From sequence record EF437941: DNA of 64,000 nt, one strand, 5' to 3'. How positions within the stretch are numbered: position 1 is the stretch's first letter; every line of letters starts with the position of its first letter. The notes beneath the pieces are model-generated. The model did not search any database. It was given only the letters and a program-made list of their open reading frames with translations, and had not been told where the DNA came from. This document shows positions 54,630 to 63,857 of the stretch, piece after piece. The position numbers and the translations under genes were made by a program. This DNA comes from Escherichia phage Phi1.

Positions 54630-55286
54630 ATGCAAGTTTCTGAAAAAGGGAAAGACTTTGCTATCTCAAATGTCCTGCGCGCTATTTTCACAACTAAAAG
54701 CACGGAGTTGCTCGTACTTCGTGTTTTTGCTGCCGTCGTGTTGTCCATATTGGCATTTGTCGTTTATAGTAAAAACGAGTTATTTGCGCTTTATAAAGAG
54801 ACTCGTTATGAGACTTATGCTCACATTCTCCAGGTAGAGAAAGACCGCAATTTTGATAATGCAGCACAGGAGCAGTTACAGATAGTTCATGTGTCGGCTG
54901 ATGCCGATTTTTCTGCTGTTTTTAGTTTTCGTCCGAAAAACCTAAACTATTTTGTTGATTTGGTGGCATATGAAGGAAAGCTACCGCACACAATCGATGA
55001 AAAAAATTTAGGCGGATTCCCTATCAATAAAACGAGTGAAGAATATCGTAGGCATCTTTTAGGTAAATCCTATTTTACCGATAAAGATTTCCAGTATATT
55101 CCATCAAGAGAAAAGAAATTAGAGAATATCGATATAGGTTTCATGTATTCTTGTCCTATATTCAATCTCGATAATGTCTATTCTGGTAGTATCGCCATTT
55201 CATGGAAGAATAAACCGGATATTGACATTGAGAATTTAGATACTCTTTGCAATCAATCTGCCAGAATCCTCGGAAGGATTAGATAA
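54630..55286 (+). CDS. t: Holin
   Basis: 218 aa closely matching T4 holin T (QLQIVH.S.DADFSAV.SFRPKNLNYFVD..AYEGKLP, MYSCP.FNLDN). Confidence 0.9.
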   Translation: MQVSEKGKDFAISNVLRAIFTTKSTELLVLRVFAAVVLSILAFVVYSKNELFALYKETRYETYAHILQVEKDRNFDNAAQEQLQIVHVSADADFSAVFSFRPKNLNYFVDLVAYEGKLPHTIDEKNLGGFPINKTSEEYRRHLLGKSYFTDKDFQYIPSREKKLENIDIGFMYSCPIFNLDNVYSGSIAISWKNKPDIDIENLDTLCNQSARILGRIR

Positions 55287-55291
55287 CTTAA

Positions 55292-55325
55292 AGGGGAAGC
55301 CTTTCGGCCTCCCCTTCTTTTTATT
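55292..55325 (+). terminator. Rho-independent terminator after t
   Basis: AGGGGAAGCC-TTTC-GGCCTCCCCT hairpin followed by TCTTTTTATT. Confidence 0.65.
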
Positions 55326-55569
55326 GACGCATAGAAGCCCCTGAATCACATTTTGACGCTGTATGATGAAAACAGGTAGCGTACCAGTCATCGGCTTGTT
55401 TGTCTTCGTCAGAAAACGCGTAATTTCGTTGTATGCCGTTTTCTACTTTGACCAGTGCAATGGCTGTTTCTGGAAGATCGATCAATCGTACAAAATCACC
55501 ATCTTCCCACTCTACACGAGCAATATCATAACCCATCTCAAAATAAACAATCGCTTGTTCTAATTTCAT
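55321..55569 (-). CDS. Small hypothetical protein
   Basis: 82 aa ORF; no recognisable similarity to AsiA. Confidence 0.4.
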   Translation of the reverse strand: MKLEQAIVYFEMGYDIARVEWEDGDFVRLIDLPETAIALVKVENGIQRNYAFSDEDKQADDWYATCFHHTASKCDSGASMRQ

Positions 55570-55889
55570 TCTGGAAACTTCCCGTAAACATTCTCTGCTA
55601 ATTTACGTGCATCTTTTACAATATCTTTCATGTAATGACTATAATTTTTAGCTAGATCAATGATGCAATCAACAAAGAAGTAATAGCGTCGCAGTGCTAC
55701 CAGCTCAACATCTTCAAGATGACCATTTTCTCCAATCGCTGAAATATGTTTAAATTCCTTTCGGATCGCGTCCATCGCGACATTAACTTCTTTTATAATA
55801 TCTTTCGTATTATATGCACCTCGACTAATCAAAATTTTGGTTAGGTCTTCTGCTTTTTCGTGAAAGTTGTCAATTTCAAACTCGATCAT
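55566..55889 (-). CDS. Hypothetical protein, paralog of 56004..56336
   Basis: Shared C-terminal block ...(K/R)(L/I).(A/T)EN(V/I)(Y/F)GKF. Confidence 0.45.
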   Translation of the reverse strand: MIEFEIDNFHEKAEDLTKILISRGAYNTKDIIKEVNVAMDAIRKEFKHISAIGENGHLEDVELVALRRYYFFVDCIIDLAKNYSHYMKDIVKDARKLAENVYGKFPE

Positions 55890-56003
55890 AATAACCTCTC
55901 ATAATTTCACGCTGTTGTGTCAACATTTTTTCGTGGTTTGCTAATTCTATACATTGTAATAGCATAACCAGTGCAATTTTCAATGATTCATCATCTTTCA
56001 TAA

Positions 56004-56336
56004 TCAAAATTTACCGAAAATATTCTCTGTCATAATTCTTGCTTCGTCGATTATTTTCGTCATGTTCATGGTGTAGTTATGATCATTTAGTGCTTTAATG
56101 ACAACGAGCAAGGAATCTAAAAACACTCGATACCGGGTATATTCTACGCTATTTGTGAATACCGATGTTTTCTCTACTTTATCGATCAGATAGCCTAAAA
56201 CCGATAGCGCCTCGTTTACTTCCCTTGTTACTTTATCGGCGCTAAACAACACCGGATAAAGACGCGGTGTGATTAACCGCGCTGCCTCTTTCAATTCTGT
56301 CGCTTTCCATGATTCATATTTGTCATAATTAAACAT
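56004..56336 (-). CDS. Hypothetical protein, paralog of 55566..55889
   Basis: 110 aa with the same C-terminal block. Confidence 0.45.
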   Translation of the reverse strand: MFNYDKYESWKATELKEAARLITPRLYPVLFSADKVTREVNEALSVLGYLIDKVEKTSVFTNSVEYTRYRVFLDSLLVVIKALNDHNYTMNMTKIIDEARIMTENIFGKF

Positions 56337-56348
56337 TATACAATACCC

Positions 56349-56693
56349 TTACAGATGAAAACCTGTTACGATCACCGCATCGATCATACCGCTAGGAATA
56401 AACGGTTCGCCCTCTTTTATTTCAACTTTGAATTGATGCCATTTCGCTAATACTTCTTCCGGTACACCCAGCGATTCGGCGTCTGCTTTAGTTTCATCCA
56501 TAATCCAACTAGGCTGCATGAGAGCATAGTTTACATAGTCCATTTCTGTGGTCATGTCATCAATGTTAATATATTTGCAATTGACGCGTTTCAGAATTTC
56601 AAATTCTTTATTGTCAACCTGTACCATGTATAATTCAGTAGTTTCTGGAATCAGTTCCCACACAATCAGTACATTTTTCATAGTTCGCCTCAC
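56349..56693 (-). CDS. Hypothetical protein
   Basis: 114 aa ORF overlapping the upstream gene by 4 nt. Confidence 0.45.
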   Translation of the reverse strand: MRRTMKNVLIVWELIPETTELYMVQVDNKEFEILKRVNCKYINIDDMTTEMDYVNYALMQPSWIMDETKADAESLGVPEEVLAKWHQFKVEIKEGEPFIPSGMIDAVIVTGFHL

Positions 56694-57058
56694 TTAACAA
56701 AGATTTTCTTTAATGCTTTCAGGATCGTTGCTTCCGGCGCTTCTTCCGGTGGAGGAAGCAATTCTACCACTTCCTCTTCCAACTCGATATAGTCTACCAG
56801 ATATTCTACATAGAATGCAAGTGCTTCCATGAAATTAGATGCTACATCCGATTCGCCACACGCGCCCACATGCATTGTATAAACATCACTGCGATCAAGT
56901 TTGTGGATGCTTCCCAGATAGTTTCGGTTATACCAGACTTCCCACACTTTCAACTTTCCTGTTTTGGTTGCTGTTTTATAATCCGTTTCATAATGATGCA
57001 ATTGACGTTGCAAATCATTGATAATAACACATTTTTCGTAATTGTTTTGAATTTCCAT
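56690..57058 (-). CDS. Hypothetical protein
   Basis: 122 aa ORF. Confidence 0.45.
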   Translation of the reverse strand: MEIQNNYEKCVIINDLQRQLHHYETDYKTATKTGKLKVWEVWYNRNYLGSIHKLDRSDVYTMHVGACGESDVASNFMEALAFYVEYLVDYIELEEEVVELLPPPEEAPEATILKALKKIFVK

Positions 57059-57068
57059 GATGTAATCC

Positions 57069-57260
57069 TCACTTATCGTTAAGAAGTTCTAAAACTTTCT
57101 GCCGTACTTTGTCAATATTAGTTGATTCAAAAACTGTACGGTATCCCCAACTTTGACCGTATGATCGCGAGCAATCCCCATATCCCCATTGTTCAACCTG
57201 ATAGTATTCAAGGAATGGGTGCTGCCGAACTATGATACCATCGCGATTAAAAATTACCAT
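57069..57260 (-). CDS. Small hypothetical protein
   Basis: 63 aa with GAGGA RBS immediately after the triple repeat. Confidence 0.45.
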   Translation of the reverse strand: MVIFNRDGIIVRQHPFLEYYQVEQWGYGDCSRSYGQSWGYRTVFESTNIDKVRQKVLELLNDK

Positions 57261-57274
57261 AATATAATCCTCAC

Positions 57275-57355
57275 GTCAACAACTTATTTTCGGTTGTACT
57301 TGTCAACAACTTATTTTCGGTTGTACTTGTCAACAACTTATTTTCGGTTGTACTT
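57275..57355. repeat. Perfect 3 x 27-bp direct tandem repeat
   Basis: GTCAACAACTTATTTTCGGTTGTACTT three times; on the minus strand each unit is AAGTACAACCGAAAATAAGTTGTTGAC. Confidence 0.9.
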
Positions 57356-57619
57356 CTGCCACTTTCGGTAATACTGCTTGTAATATTGTTTAATGTTTGG
57401 TGGTTCGTCACTATACATGTTATCAACCATCATGTCAATAAGACCTTCCGGTGTTTGATAGTTACCCGCTCGAATGAGTTCCTTAATCAAAAGATCTTGT
57501 GTCGCTTTATACTTGACAATAACAACTGTCTTTTCTGCCTTTCCAATTCCGATCCGGTCGTTAGCTCTCATAGCATCCCACCAATCTTTTTTAAACTTCA
57601 TGTTGTTAAATTTCATCAT
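57338..57619 (-). CDS. Basic hypothetical protein whose 3-prime end lies in the tandem repeat
   Basis: 93 aa; the C-terminal KYNRK and stop codon are encoded by the first repeat unit encountered on the minus strand. Confidence 0.45.
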   Translation of the reverse strand: MMKFNNMKFKKDWWDAMRANDRIGIGKAEKTVVIVKYKATQDLLIKELIRAGNYQTPEGLIDMMVDNMYSDEPPNIKQYYKQYYRKWQKYNRK

Positions 57620-58420
57620 TTAACCCTTCTTATATTCGCAAACATATTGAGTACCATAATCATAGCTAATGCGACCTTTCTCGATTACTTCAAAGCGGAT
57701 TTCATCGTTTTCCCCTACCCACATTTTGTACTCGTTGAAGTATCCTGCTACATCCGGTTTGCTCATACCAACAACCATATTTTTATATTGTTTGCTGTGT
57801 GTCAGATTTGATTTAAACACTTCGCGCTCATCAACATATACGAAAGAAGACAATTCACCTTCGGTCATGGTCATTTTCAGCTTGCCGCCCTTGTTGCCAT
57901 AAGTAGAGTTGCCATACAATGGATCTTTGCGGCTGTCTGTTTCAATACCATCAATGATTTTCCATGTAAATTTTGCAATGCACTGATAAGTGATAGATCC
58001 AGAGATTTTCTCTTCTTTCTTCTGTTCTTCCACCACTTTTGCTTCGTGTTTCGGTTGTTCTTCTTCAACCTTCACAGAAGTCTCTGAATCGCTTTCTGAC
58101 GCGGTTTCTTCTTTAGGTAATACATTCATCAAGTTTTGGATTTGAGCGTTGTATACAGCCTCCAGTGGCTGAATCTGCCCGATATTGATCATTGTATCAC
58201 GAACAGTTTTATTCCAGTTGCGTTGCTCTTGTTTAAGAGACGGATCAATCTTAACAGCCTTAACATATACCTCATGAAGTTTAGAATCAAGTGCTGAGAT
58301 TGACTCATTAGCACAAATAAACTTCTCTGATTTGGTAGTAGCTTTAGCGCAATCAAAGGACGCAGCATTAGCACCGAAAGTAGTAGCAGAAAGAACGATA
58401 GCAGCGATAATGTTTTTCAT
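57620..58420 (-). CDS. Secreted DUF1311/LprI-like protein
   Basis: Signal peptide (MKNIIAAIVLSATTFGANA), then FDCAKA...E.FIC...LD..L...Y...EQR.W pattern, an acidic linker and a C-terminal domain. Confidence 0.45.
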   Translation of the reverse strand: MKNIIAAIVLSATTFGANAASFDCAKATTKSEKFICANESISALDSKLHEVYVKAVKIDPSLKQEQRNWNKTVRDTMINIGQIQPLEAVYNAQIQNLMNVLPKEETASESDSETSVKVEEEQPKHEAKVVEEQKKEEKISGSITYQCIAKFTWKIIDGIETDSRKDPLYGNSTYGNKGGKLKMTMTEGELSSFVYVDEREVFKSNLTHSKQYKNMVVGMSKPDVAGYFNEYKMWVGENDEIRFEVIEKGRISYDYGTQYVCEYKKG

Positions 58421-58456
58421 AATATATATTCCTCAGTGTTTTGTCTTGATGAGAGT

Positions 58457-58486
58457 ATCTTACTACTCCCTTAATCCGGTGTCAAC
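58457..58486 (-). promoter_or_regulatory. Early promoter cassette (TTGACA-N17-TAAGAT)
   Basis: Conserved cassette upstream of the secreted-protein gene. Confidence 0.45.
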
Positions 58487-58492
58487 CACTTT

Positions 58493-58648
58493 TTAAATTT
58501 CTTCTACAGTAAAGTCTTCAATGTTGTTGTGCTCGGCGAACGTTGCTAGACCAGCATCCCATGCATCATCCTCAGAGAAGAATACACCGTAACGTTCATA
58601 TCCTTTAGCGCCTTCAAATTTAACCATTAATTTGTGAGTATGTTTCAT
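58493..58648 (-). CDS. Small hypothetical protein (51 aa)
   Basis: Start at the internal Met (MKHTHKLMV...) with GGAG RBS; the track ORF runs through the promoter. Confidence 0.4.
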   Translation of the reverse strand: MKHTHKLMVKFEGAKGYERYGVFFSEDDAWDAGLATFAEHNNIEDFTVEEI

Positions 58649-58679
58649 TTTGATTCTCCTTCGTTGTCTTGATGAGTTT

Positions 58680-58709
58680 AGTATAGGGGATCGCCGATCC
58701 CCTGTCAAC
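58680..58709 (-). promoter_or_regulatory. Early promoter cassette (TTGACA-N17-TATACT) with GATC palindrome
   Basis: Spacer AGGGGATCGGCGATCCCCT. Confidence 0.55.
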
Positions 58710-58719
58710 TATTTTTAAA

Positions 58720-58980
58720 CTATTTTCGCCATTCACCGGAAACGATGAAGTTTGTAAAGTGATTGTGGTCCGTGATAATGTCATTAAGTACCATATGCGG
58801 ATATGCTTTAGTGTAATCACGTTTACGATCAGTCATCCAGCCAACGAAAGTCGGTGCAAAGTACGGCACACCGTCAGACGATGCCATATTAAACCCTTTA
58901 TCAGCCATAAATGCAGCCGCCCTAAGATTTTTAATTGAAGTAGTGCGACTAATTTCAAAAACTTTATCGGTAAAATTCAT
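58720..58980 (-). CDS. Hypothetical protein
   Basis: Start placed at the internal Met (MNFTDKV...). Confidence 0.4.
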   Translation of the reverse strand: MNFTDKVFEISRTTSIKNLRAAAFMADKGFNMASSDGVPYFAPTFVGWMTDRKRDYTKAYPHMVLNDIITDHNHFTNFIVSGEWRK

Positions 58981-58981
58981 T

Positions 58982-59194
58982 TTAATAAGCCCCCACTCGT
59001 GCATTAATGCGCATTTTCTGCATAGCCATGATCTGGTTTACTGCTTCTTCTTTGCGTTTTTGCGTGATAACGTGACCAGATTCCGCAAACTCTCCCGCAA
59101 CTTCTTCTACGATCTCGCGAACTTGAGAACGTCCAAAGATGCGGTTTCCTTCGTAGCTCATAAATTCAGTCACTACTTGCTCAATAGATTTCAT
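58982..59194 (-). CDS. Small hypothetical protein
   Basis: 70 aa with GGAG RBS downstream of a promoter cassette. Confidence 0.45.
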   Translation of the reverse strand: MKSIEQVVTEFMSYEGNRIFGRSQVREIVEEVAGEFAESGHVITQKRKEEAVNQIMAMQKMRINARVGAY

Positions 59195-59227
59195 GTGATT
59201 CTCCTTCTTTCGTTTCGGTGTGGGAGT

Positions 59228-59257
59228 ATGTTAATACTCCCATTTCTTTACGTCAAC
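59228..59257 (-). promoter_or_regulatory. Early promoter cassette (TTGACG-N17-TAACAT)
   Basis: Conserved cassette with the palindrome GGGAGTATTAACATACTCCC. Confidence 0.4.
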
Positions 59258-59259
59258 AA

Positions 59260-59490
59260 CTATTTTAAATTATTTTCGACCTTCATCCATTCCGCGTATT
59301 CTTGCGCGGCTACTTTCGGATTTAGTCCGTCTTCGTACATTGCTTCAAGTAATTCTTCGTCGGTGGGCTTATACCCTAGATAAGCCTCCACCTGATTTTT
59401 CCAAATTTTATACCAGTTCATATTATCACCAATCAAGAGCGCGTGTCTCTGCGTCTTCCCATGCTTGATCCATAACAGCCTTGAAAACAT
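59260..59490 (-). CDS. Small hypothetical protein (start uncertain)
   Basis: Track ORF; overlaps the upstream gene, so the real start is probably the internal Met (MNWYKIW...). Confidence 0.35.
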   Translation of the reverse strand: MFSRLLWIKHGKTQRHALLIGDNMNWYKIWKNQVEAYLGYKPTDEELLEAMYEDGLNPKVAAQEYAEWMKVENNLK

Positions 59491-59697
59491 ATTCTAGAGT
59501 ATCATCTTTAGAGAATCCGAAGACCTTAGACGGGATATCTTCAATTGCTACTCCCACAACTTCTGCATTACGCGCTTGGCAGTAATGCAACTCTAAGTTA
59601 TCGAGATAGCGACCGCCTAATTTCTCCATATCATCCCAGCATTTCCAGTAACCTACTTTATCTGCAATTGCTAACACTTTGCTGTTTTTGTTGCTCA
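59426..59697 (-). CDS. Hypothetical protein (90 aa)
   Basis: Start at the internal Met (MSNKNSKV...) with GGAGAATCAAAG RBS. Confidence 0.45.
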
Positions 59698-59729
59698 TCT
59701 TTGATTCTCCTTTTGTCTGGTATGTGTGT

Positions 59730-59759
59730 ATTATGTAGTGTTGGATTCTGTAAGTCAAC
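59730..59759 (-). promoter_or_regulatory. Early promoter cassette (TTGACT-N17-CATAAT)
   Basis: Conserved cassette architecture. Confidence 0.5.
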
Positions 59760-59770
59760 AACTTTTTAAA

Positions 59771-59797
59771 ATAAAAAGCCGACCACAAGGATCGGCT
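59771..59797 (-). terminator. Rho-independent terminator
   Basis: GCCGATCCTTGTGGTCGGC hairpin followed on the minus strand by UUUUUAUUUU. Confidence 0.6.
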
Positions 59798-59807
59798 TAA
59801 TAATCAG

Positions 59808-60200
59808 TTACTTACTAAATTTCTTTTTGGCTTCGTCTACTGCATGAGATGCCAGTACCGCTGCCGCATGTGCACTTTTATCTGTGTTGCAGAGAACACC
59901 CAGATAAACATCACGCCAAAGTTTAATCATCTCGTAGATCATATCAATATCATTTTCTTGTTTGTTGGTGATGCTATTCGTCGTTATCTGGTAAGGTAAC
60001 GGCTTAATCTGTACTGGTTCCGCCATCGGGCTAAACGGTTTCTGATCAGTCATCGGATTAATTGGTGGCGATGTTTTCCATACGTCATTATTCCACGGTT
60101 TAACGGTTGTACCGTATATTTTATAAGGATTTTTGTCTGGATCAACCATCCATGTATGATGGATACCTAAACCATTTGAAGTGATGCGTCGTTCAGTCAT
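59808..60200 (-). CDS. Hypothetical protein
   Basis: 130 aa ORF. Confidence 0.45.
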   Translation of the reverse strand: MTERRITSNGLGIHHTWMVDPDKNPYKIYGTTVKPWNNDVWKTSPPINPMTDQKPFSPMAEPVQIKPLPYQITTNSITNKQENDIDMIYEMIKLWRDVYLGVLCNTDKSAHAAAVLASHAVDEAKKKFSK

Positions 60201-60203
60201 AAT

Positions 60204-60407
60204 TTATTTCCTCTCTGAAAATTCTTTCATCAAGCTGTCGATCTTTGCTCTGTGTTCTGGCGTGTTTGTCATCTCTGCTAATTTGCTCAGAGATTCACTG
60301 GTGATCCGGTTGGATTCTTCCAGTGTTTCAACGACAATTGGCACAATCTTTTTATTGTTGTACAGAAATGCAATATAACCGCCTTCTGGATATTCTTTCA
60401 TAATCAA
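60204..60407 (-). CDS. Small hypothetical protein
   Basis: 67 aa ORF overlapping the gene 52 start by 4 nt. Confidence 0.45.
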   Translation of the reverse strand: MIMKEYPEGGYIAFLYNNKKIVPIVVETLEESNRITSESLSKLAEMTNTPEHRAKIDSLMKEFSERK

Positions 60408-61765
60408 CCCTTCTTAAGTTCTTTAAGATCTTTCTTATATTCCTTCATTGCGGTCGTCTTTGTCCAATACTCATATTCACTATGATGTTTCTCGGCATCT
60501 TTGACCAGTCGATCATACTCTTCTTGGGTAACGCTGTACAATGGCATAGAAACTAGCTTATCGGCGTATGGACGTAGTTTTTCATGTCCATTGATGGATT
60601 GCATTACCTCGGCCTTTTTCTTTCCCTGTAGCTCGATTTCGCCCTTAATTACGCGATCGATAAATTCGGCTTTAGCCATTGCATAATTGTATGCTTCCAG
60701 CGTTTCCGCTTGCATCAATTCAATGCGTTTATCGACATACCCTAATCGGATTTCGACGAATCGACGGATCAGATCGCTCGCTTTCTCGAATACTTCTACT
60801 AAACCACGTTCGTTAACTACCACGATATTCTGGGCTACTAACTGTGTTAGTTTAAAATCCTTCATGATTTTCTCATGTCGAGCGGATTCATCTTCGCTTT
60901 TGAAATAATCGCGTTTCAGTGTTACTTCAAATCTGAATCCGTCCTTAGAGCAACGGTCATTATACGATACAATCAGATCTTTTTCTTCCAGTGCATCCAG
61001 TACCGCTACATATTCTTCACGGTCGAACTTATAAGGAACTTCTGATATTGTTAGTGTAGTCTTGCCGTTTAGTTCATATGTACCCTCAAGGATCACCCCA
61101 TCGCGATCATCTCGCGGGATAACTTTACCCGTGAATTTCGGGAATTGAACACTAGGTTCTTTATCCAGTTTTCCGGCAAGTGCTAGCTCTGTGCATTCAA
61201 TGAGGCTTTCCAGTGAATGTGGTAAAATGTCAGTTTTATACCCTGTAGCAATACCACTAATACCATTAGCCAATACCATTGGCACAACTGGCAAGTAGAA
61301 CGCTGGCGGGATGTGTTCCAGATCTTCGTGCTTAGGTGCGCAATTCATATCTTTATAGATTTTAAAGAAGTTTTCATGCACACGAGCAAAAATATAACGT
61401 GCTGCACCTGCTTTCTGGACTAAACGCGATCCGAAGTTACCTTGACCGTCAAGCAGTGGAGTATTATTGCTCCATGTATTCGCCATGAGTGATCCGGCTT
61501 CTACGGCATTAGTTTCGCCGTGGTGATACCCCAACTCAGCGACACCAGATCCAATATCTGCCATCTTACGGAATTTCTTACGGTCGCCTTTACTCTTTTG
61601 CAAAGCACATTCCATAACAAAGCGTTGCACTGGTTTAAGCCCATCCACTAATTGAGGAATCCCGCGTTCCTCGGCAGAATAGATCGCATATTCCTTAGCT
61701 TCATTATGTACAATGCTTTCAAGGCTGCGGTAAGTAACTGATTTATTCATCTTCACCTCATACAC
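60404..61765 (-). CDS. 52: DNA topoisomerase II medium subunit gp52
   Basis: 453 aa (T4 gp52 is 442 aa) with a GyrA-like N-terminus (ERGIPQLVDGLKPVQR) and active-site region. Confidence 0.85.
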   Translation of the reverse strand: MYEVKMNKSVTYRSLESIVHNEAKEYAIYSAEERGIPQLVDGLKPVQRFVMECALQKSKGDRKKFRKMADIGSGVAELGYHHGETNAVEAGSLMANTWSNNTPLLDGQGNFGSRLVQKAGAARYIFARVHENFFKIYKDMNCAPKHEDLEHIPPAFYLPVVPMVLANGISGIATGYKTDILPHSLESLIECTELALAGKLDKEPSVQFPKFTGKVIPRDDRDGVILEGTYELNGKTTLTISEVPYKFDREEYVAVLDALEEKDLIVSYNDRCSKDGFRFEVTLKRDYFKSEDESARHEKIMKDFKLTQLVAQNIVVVNERGLVEVFEKASDLIRRFVEIRLGYVDKRIELMQAETLEAYNYAMAKAEFIDRVIKGEIELQGKKKAEVMQSINGHEKLRPYADKLVSMPLYSVTQEEYDRLVKDAEKHHSEYEYWTKTTAMKEYKKDLKELKKG

Positions 61766-62120
61766 GCTTACAAATCACACTCTTTACTTTATCAGATTTA
61801 TCAGCCCAATCCAATAGCCATTTTAACGGAAGGATTGAAACAATAAACGGGGCAGCAATCAAAGCAAACATGATACACCGGATAATCAGGAAAGTGCAAG
61901 TAACAAAGCTAGCGATAGCGATCCCGACAAAACAAAATACCATAGAAAACAGAGTAATGATATAGAAAGGCCAGAATACCCACTCCCGCATCTTAACGCC
62001 TTTATATTCTCTGAATTGCTTAAAATCTACAAACAACTCTCGGATAGACGCGTACAGGACCGAAAAATCATCTTTCATTGCTCGGAATGAGCAATCTTCT
62101 ATTTTAGAATGACCTAGCAT
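61758..62120 (-). CDS. Integral membrane protein
   Basis: 120 aa with predicted multi-pass hydrophobic helices. Confidence 0.45.
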   Translation of the reverse strand: MLGHSKIEDCSFRAMKDDFSVLYASIRELFVDFKQFREYKGVKMREWVFWPFYIITLFSMVFCFVGIAIASFVTCTFLIIRCIMFALIAAPFIVSILPLKWLLDWADKSDKVKSVICKRV

Positions 62121-62122
62121 TA

Positions 62123-62416
62123 TTAACCGCCTTTCATCATTGATACTGGAATTGTTTTCTGATTTGTGTATAATTGGCCTACTTCAATTTTTTCTTGAAT
62201 CACCACGACGTTACAATATCCACTGTCTTTAAGTTTTCTGATAATAACTCGCTTTTGTTCGTCGGTGATAGGATTGACTGTTCTCACCAATTCACCGCAA
62301 ATAATAGCACCATCTTTACAATTACCAGTAACTTTCATGCTACGACCGTGAACAACAACCACATCACCGTAAATCACATTTTCGTCGTCGTATTTGGTAA
62401 TAACCGTGACCGTCAT
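62123..62416 (-). CDS. Hypothetical protein
   Basis: 97 aa ORF. Confidence 0.4.
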   Translation of the reverse strand: MTVTVITKYDDENVIYGDVVVVHGRSMKVTGNCKDGAIICGELVRTVNPITDEQKRVIIRKLKDSGYCNVVVIQEKIEVGQLYTNQKTIPVSMMKGG

Positions 62417-62431
62417 AATGTATTCCCTCTA

Positions 62432-62449
62432 AGAAAGGCCGCGCAAAGC
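62432..62449 (-). terminator. Possible weak terminator
   Basis: AGGCCGC-TTTG-CGCGGCCT hairpin followed by UUUCUU on the minus strand. Confidence 0.3.
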
Positions 62450-62461
62450 GGCCTATGTTGA

Positions 62462-62788
62462 TTATTGTTCTACAGTATAACCGTTGTTTTCAAGCCATGC
62501 AATAACAATCTTCTCACCAATTTCATCGAGCATTTCATCAGATCCGTATTCTTTGATGAAAATCGATGGATCATTATTGCTTACTACGTGCTGGATCACA
62601 ACATGTTCAGGAATTGCGTCTAGCAGTTCGCTATGGTCATACTCATTAACGATATCTTCAACACTAACATTATTAACCAAATCAACATCATCCATAGTCA
62701 CAGTAACGCGACCGGACGGACGAAGTGAATATTGGCTACTTTCAACTTCAACATGTGCACTTTCGCAAGTAACTTTCATATCAACCAT
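62462..62788 (-). CDS. Acidic hypothetical protein
   Basis: 108 aa, Asp/Glu-rich. Confidence 0.4.
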   Translation of the reverse strand: MVDMKVTCESAHVEVESSQYSLRPSGRVTVTMDDVDLVNNVSVEDIVNEYDHSELLDAIPEHVVIQHVVSNNDPSIFIKEYGSDEMLDEIGEKIVIAWLENNGYTVEQ

Positions 62789-62802
62789 AATTAATTCCTC
62801 TG

Positions 62803-63804
62803 TTAGTAATGGCTAAAACCTTCGGTCACATCTTCAACCACATAGTAACGATGACAGCGCATTTTGGCATTCGCATAATCTTTCGGGATACTTACAACGT
62901 GACGCGGATCAACTTTGCATTTAATGATTCGGCCTCGCCCACCGCCATAGTGTGGAATATAGTGTTTCGCTGCAACATGGAGGCCATTAGAGCAAGTGCG
63001 ATCATCATCTGGGTCCACGTCTTTACGCTTCATTTTAACCGTGCGCCCTGGGCTATTATCAAACGTATGAGTAAAGAAATCTTTATAATCTACATCAACA
63101 CGTTTCCATGCATAGAAACAACCATCTTCCCCGATCTCAATGTCGTTGTGTTCTAAGAAGTCAAACAGACGATCTACCGCCTTACGGCTAGGGTTTTTCT
63201 TGCACTTCTCAAAGAAGTTCAGATAGTGCGTATATGGCTTATTCTCTTTAATAGACTCAACAACTCGACGAGTCAGATTATTATCAAGAACAATATTATG
63301 ATAATACACAATACCATTTTCGATACGGAAAGCGCCGTGATAATATACTTCAACCGCTTTCTTAATGTCAATCAGCGTAATTGCTTTAATAAAATCATTC
63401 TGCTTAACTGCTTCCAGTGCTTCCTTAAAGTTAACATGTGATGGATCAGCAGTATAAACAATGTCACCGCATGTAATAGTAATAAACTTAGTTGAGGCTA
63501 TGGCTACGATTTTTGAGGTAGTAGTCACGGGCTTTTTTGCGCGTTCACCGCCTTTTCCTTTACTGGTTTTACGGCGTGCTTTACGTTTTTCTAGTGCCTT
63601 GCGACCTTCCGCTACTGCGTCTTTCTGAATCAGTAATACACGGGAGGCAGTACGACGAGATACCCCAAATGCTGCCGCAAGTGCTTCGCGGGTAGTAAAC
63701 TTACCTTCGCCCCACTGTTTAGCCAGTTTGATTTGTTTCGCAGAATCCAGGCATTGAACGTTACGGTCAGAGACGGTGATTTTTGCTTTAGTCATAGTAT
63801 TCAT
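62803..63804 (-). CDS. HTH-containing protein with uncharacterised C-terminal domain
   Basis: N-terminal helix-turn-helix (TTREALAAAFGVSRRTASRVLL), basic linker, ~230-aa C-terminal domain of unknown family. Confidence 0.45.
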   Translation of the reverse strand: MNTMTKAKITVSDRNVQCLDSAKQIKLAKQWGEGKFTTREALAAAFGVSRRTASRVLLIQKDAVAEGRKALEKRKARRKTSKGKGGERAKKPVTTTSKIVAIASTKFITITCGDIVYTADPSHVNFKEALEAVKQNDFIKAITLIDIKKAVEVYYHGAFRIENGIVYYHNIVLDNNLTRRVVESIKENKPYTHYLNFFEKCKKNPSRKAVDRLFDFLEHNDIEIGEDGCFYAWKRVDVDYKDFFTHTFDNSPGRTVKMKRKDVDPDDDRTCSNGLHVAAKHYIPHYGGGRGRIIKCKVDPRHVVSIPKDYANAKMRCHRYYVVEDVTEGFSHY

Positions 63805-63857
63805 TCCTCTATTAGTTGGGCGACTATCGCCGCCCTATTCACATCATTATACCAGAA

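Noticed and set aside
55918-55923. TTGACA-like hexamer upstream of gene 55566..55889
   Set aside because: No -10 element at the right spacing, and it lies inside a short coupled ORF.
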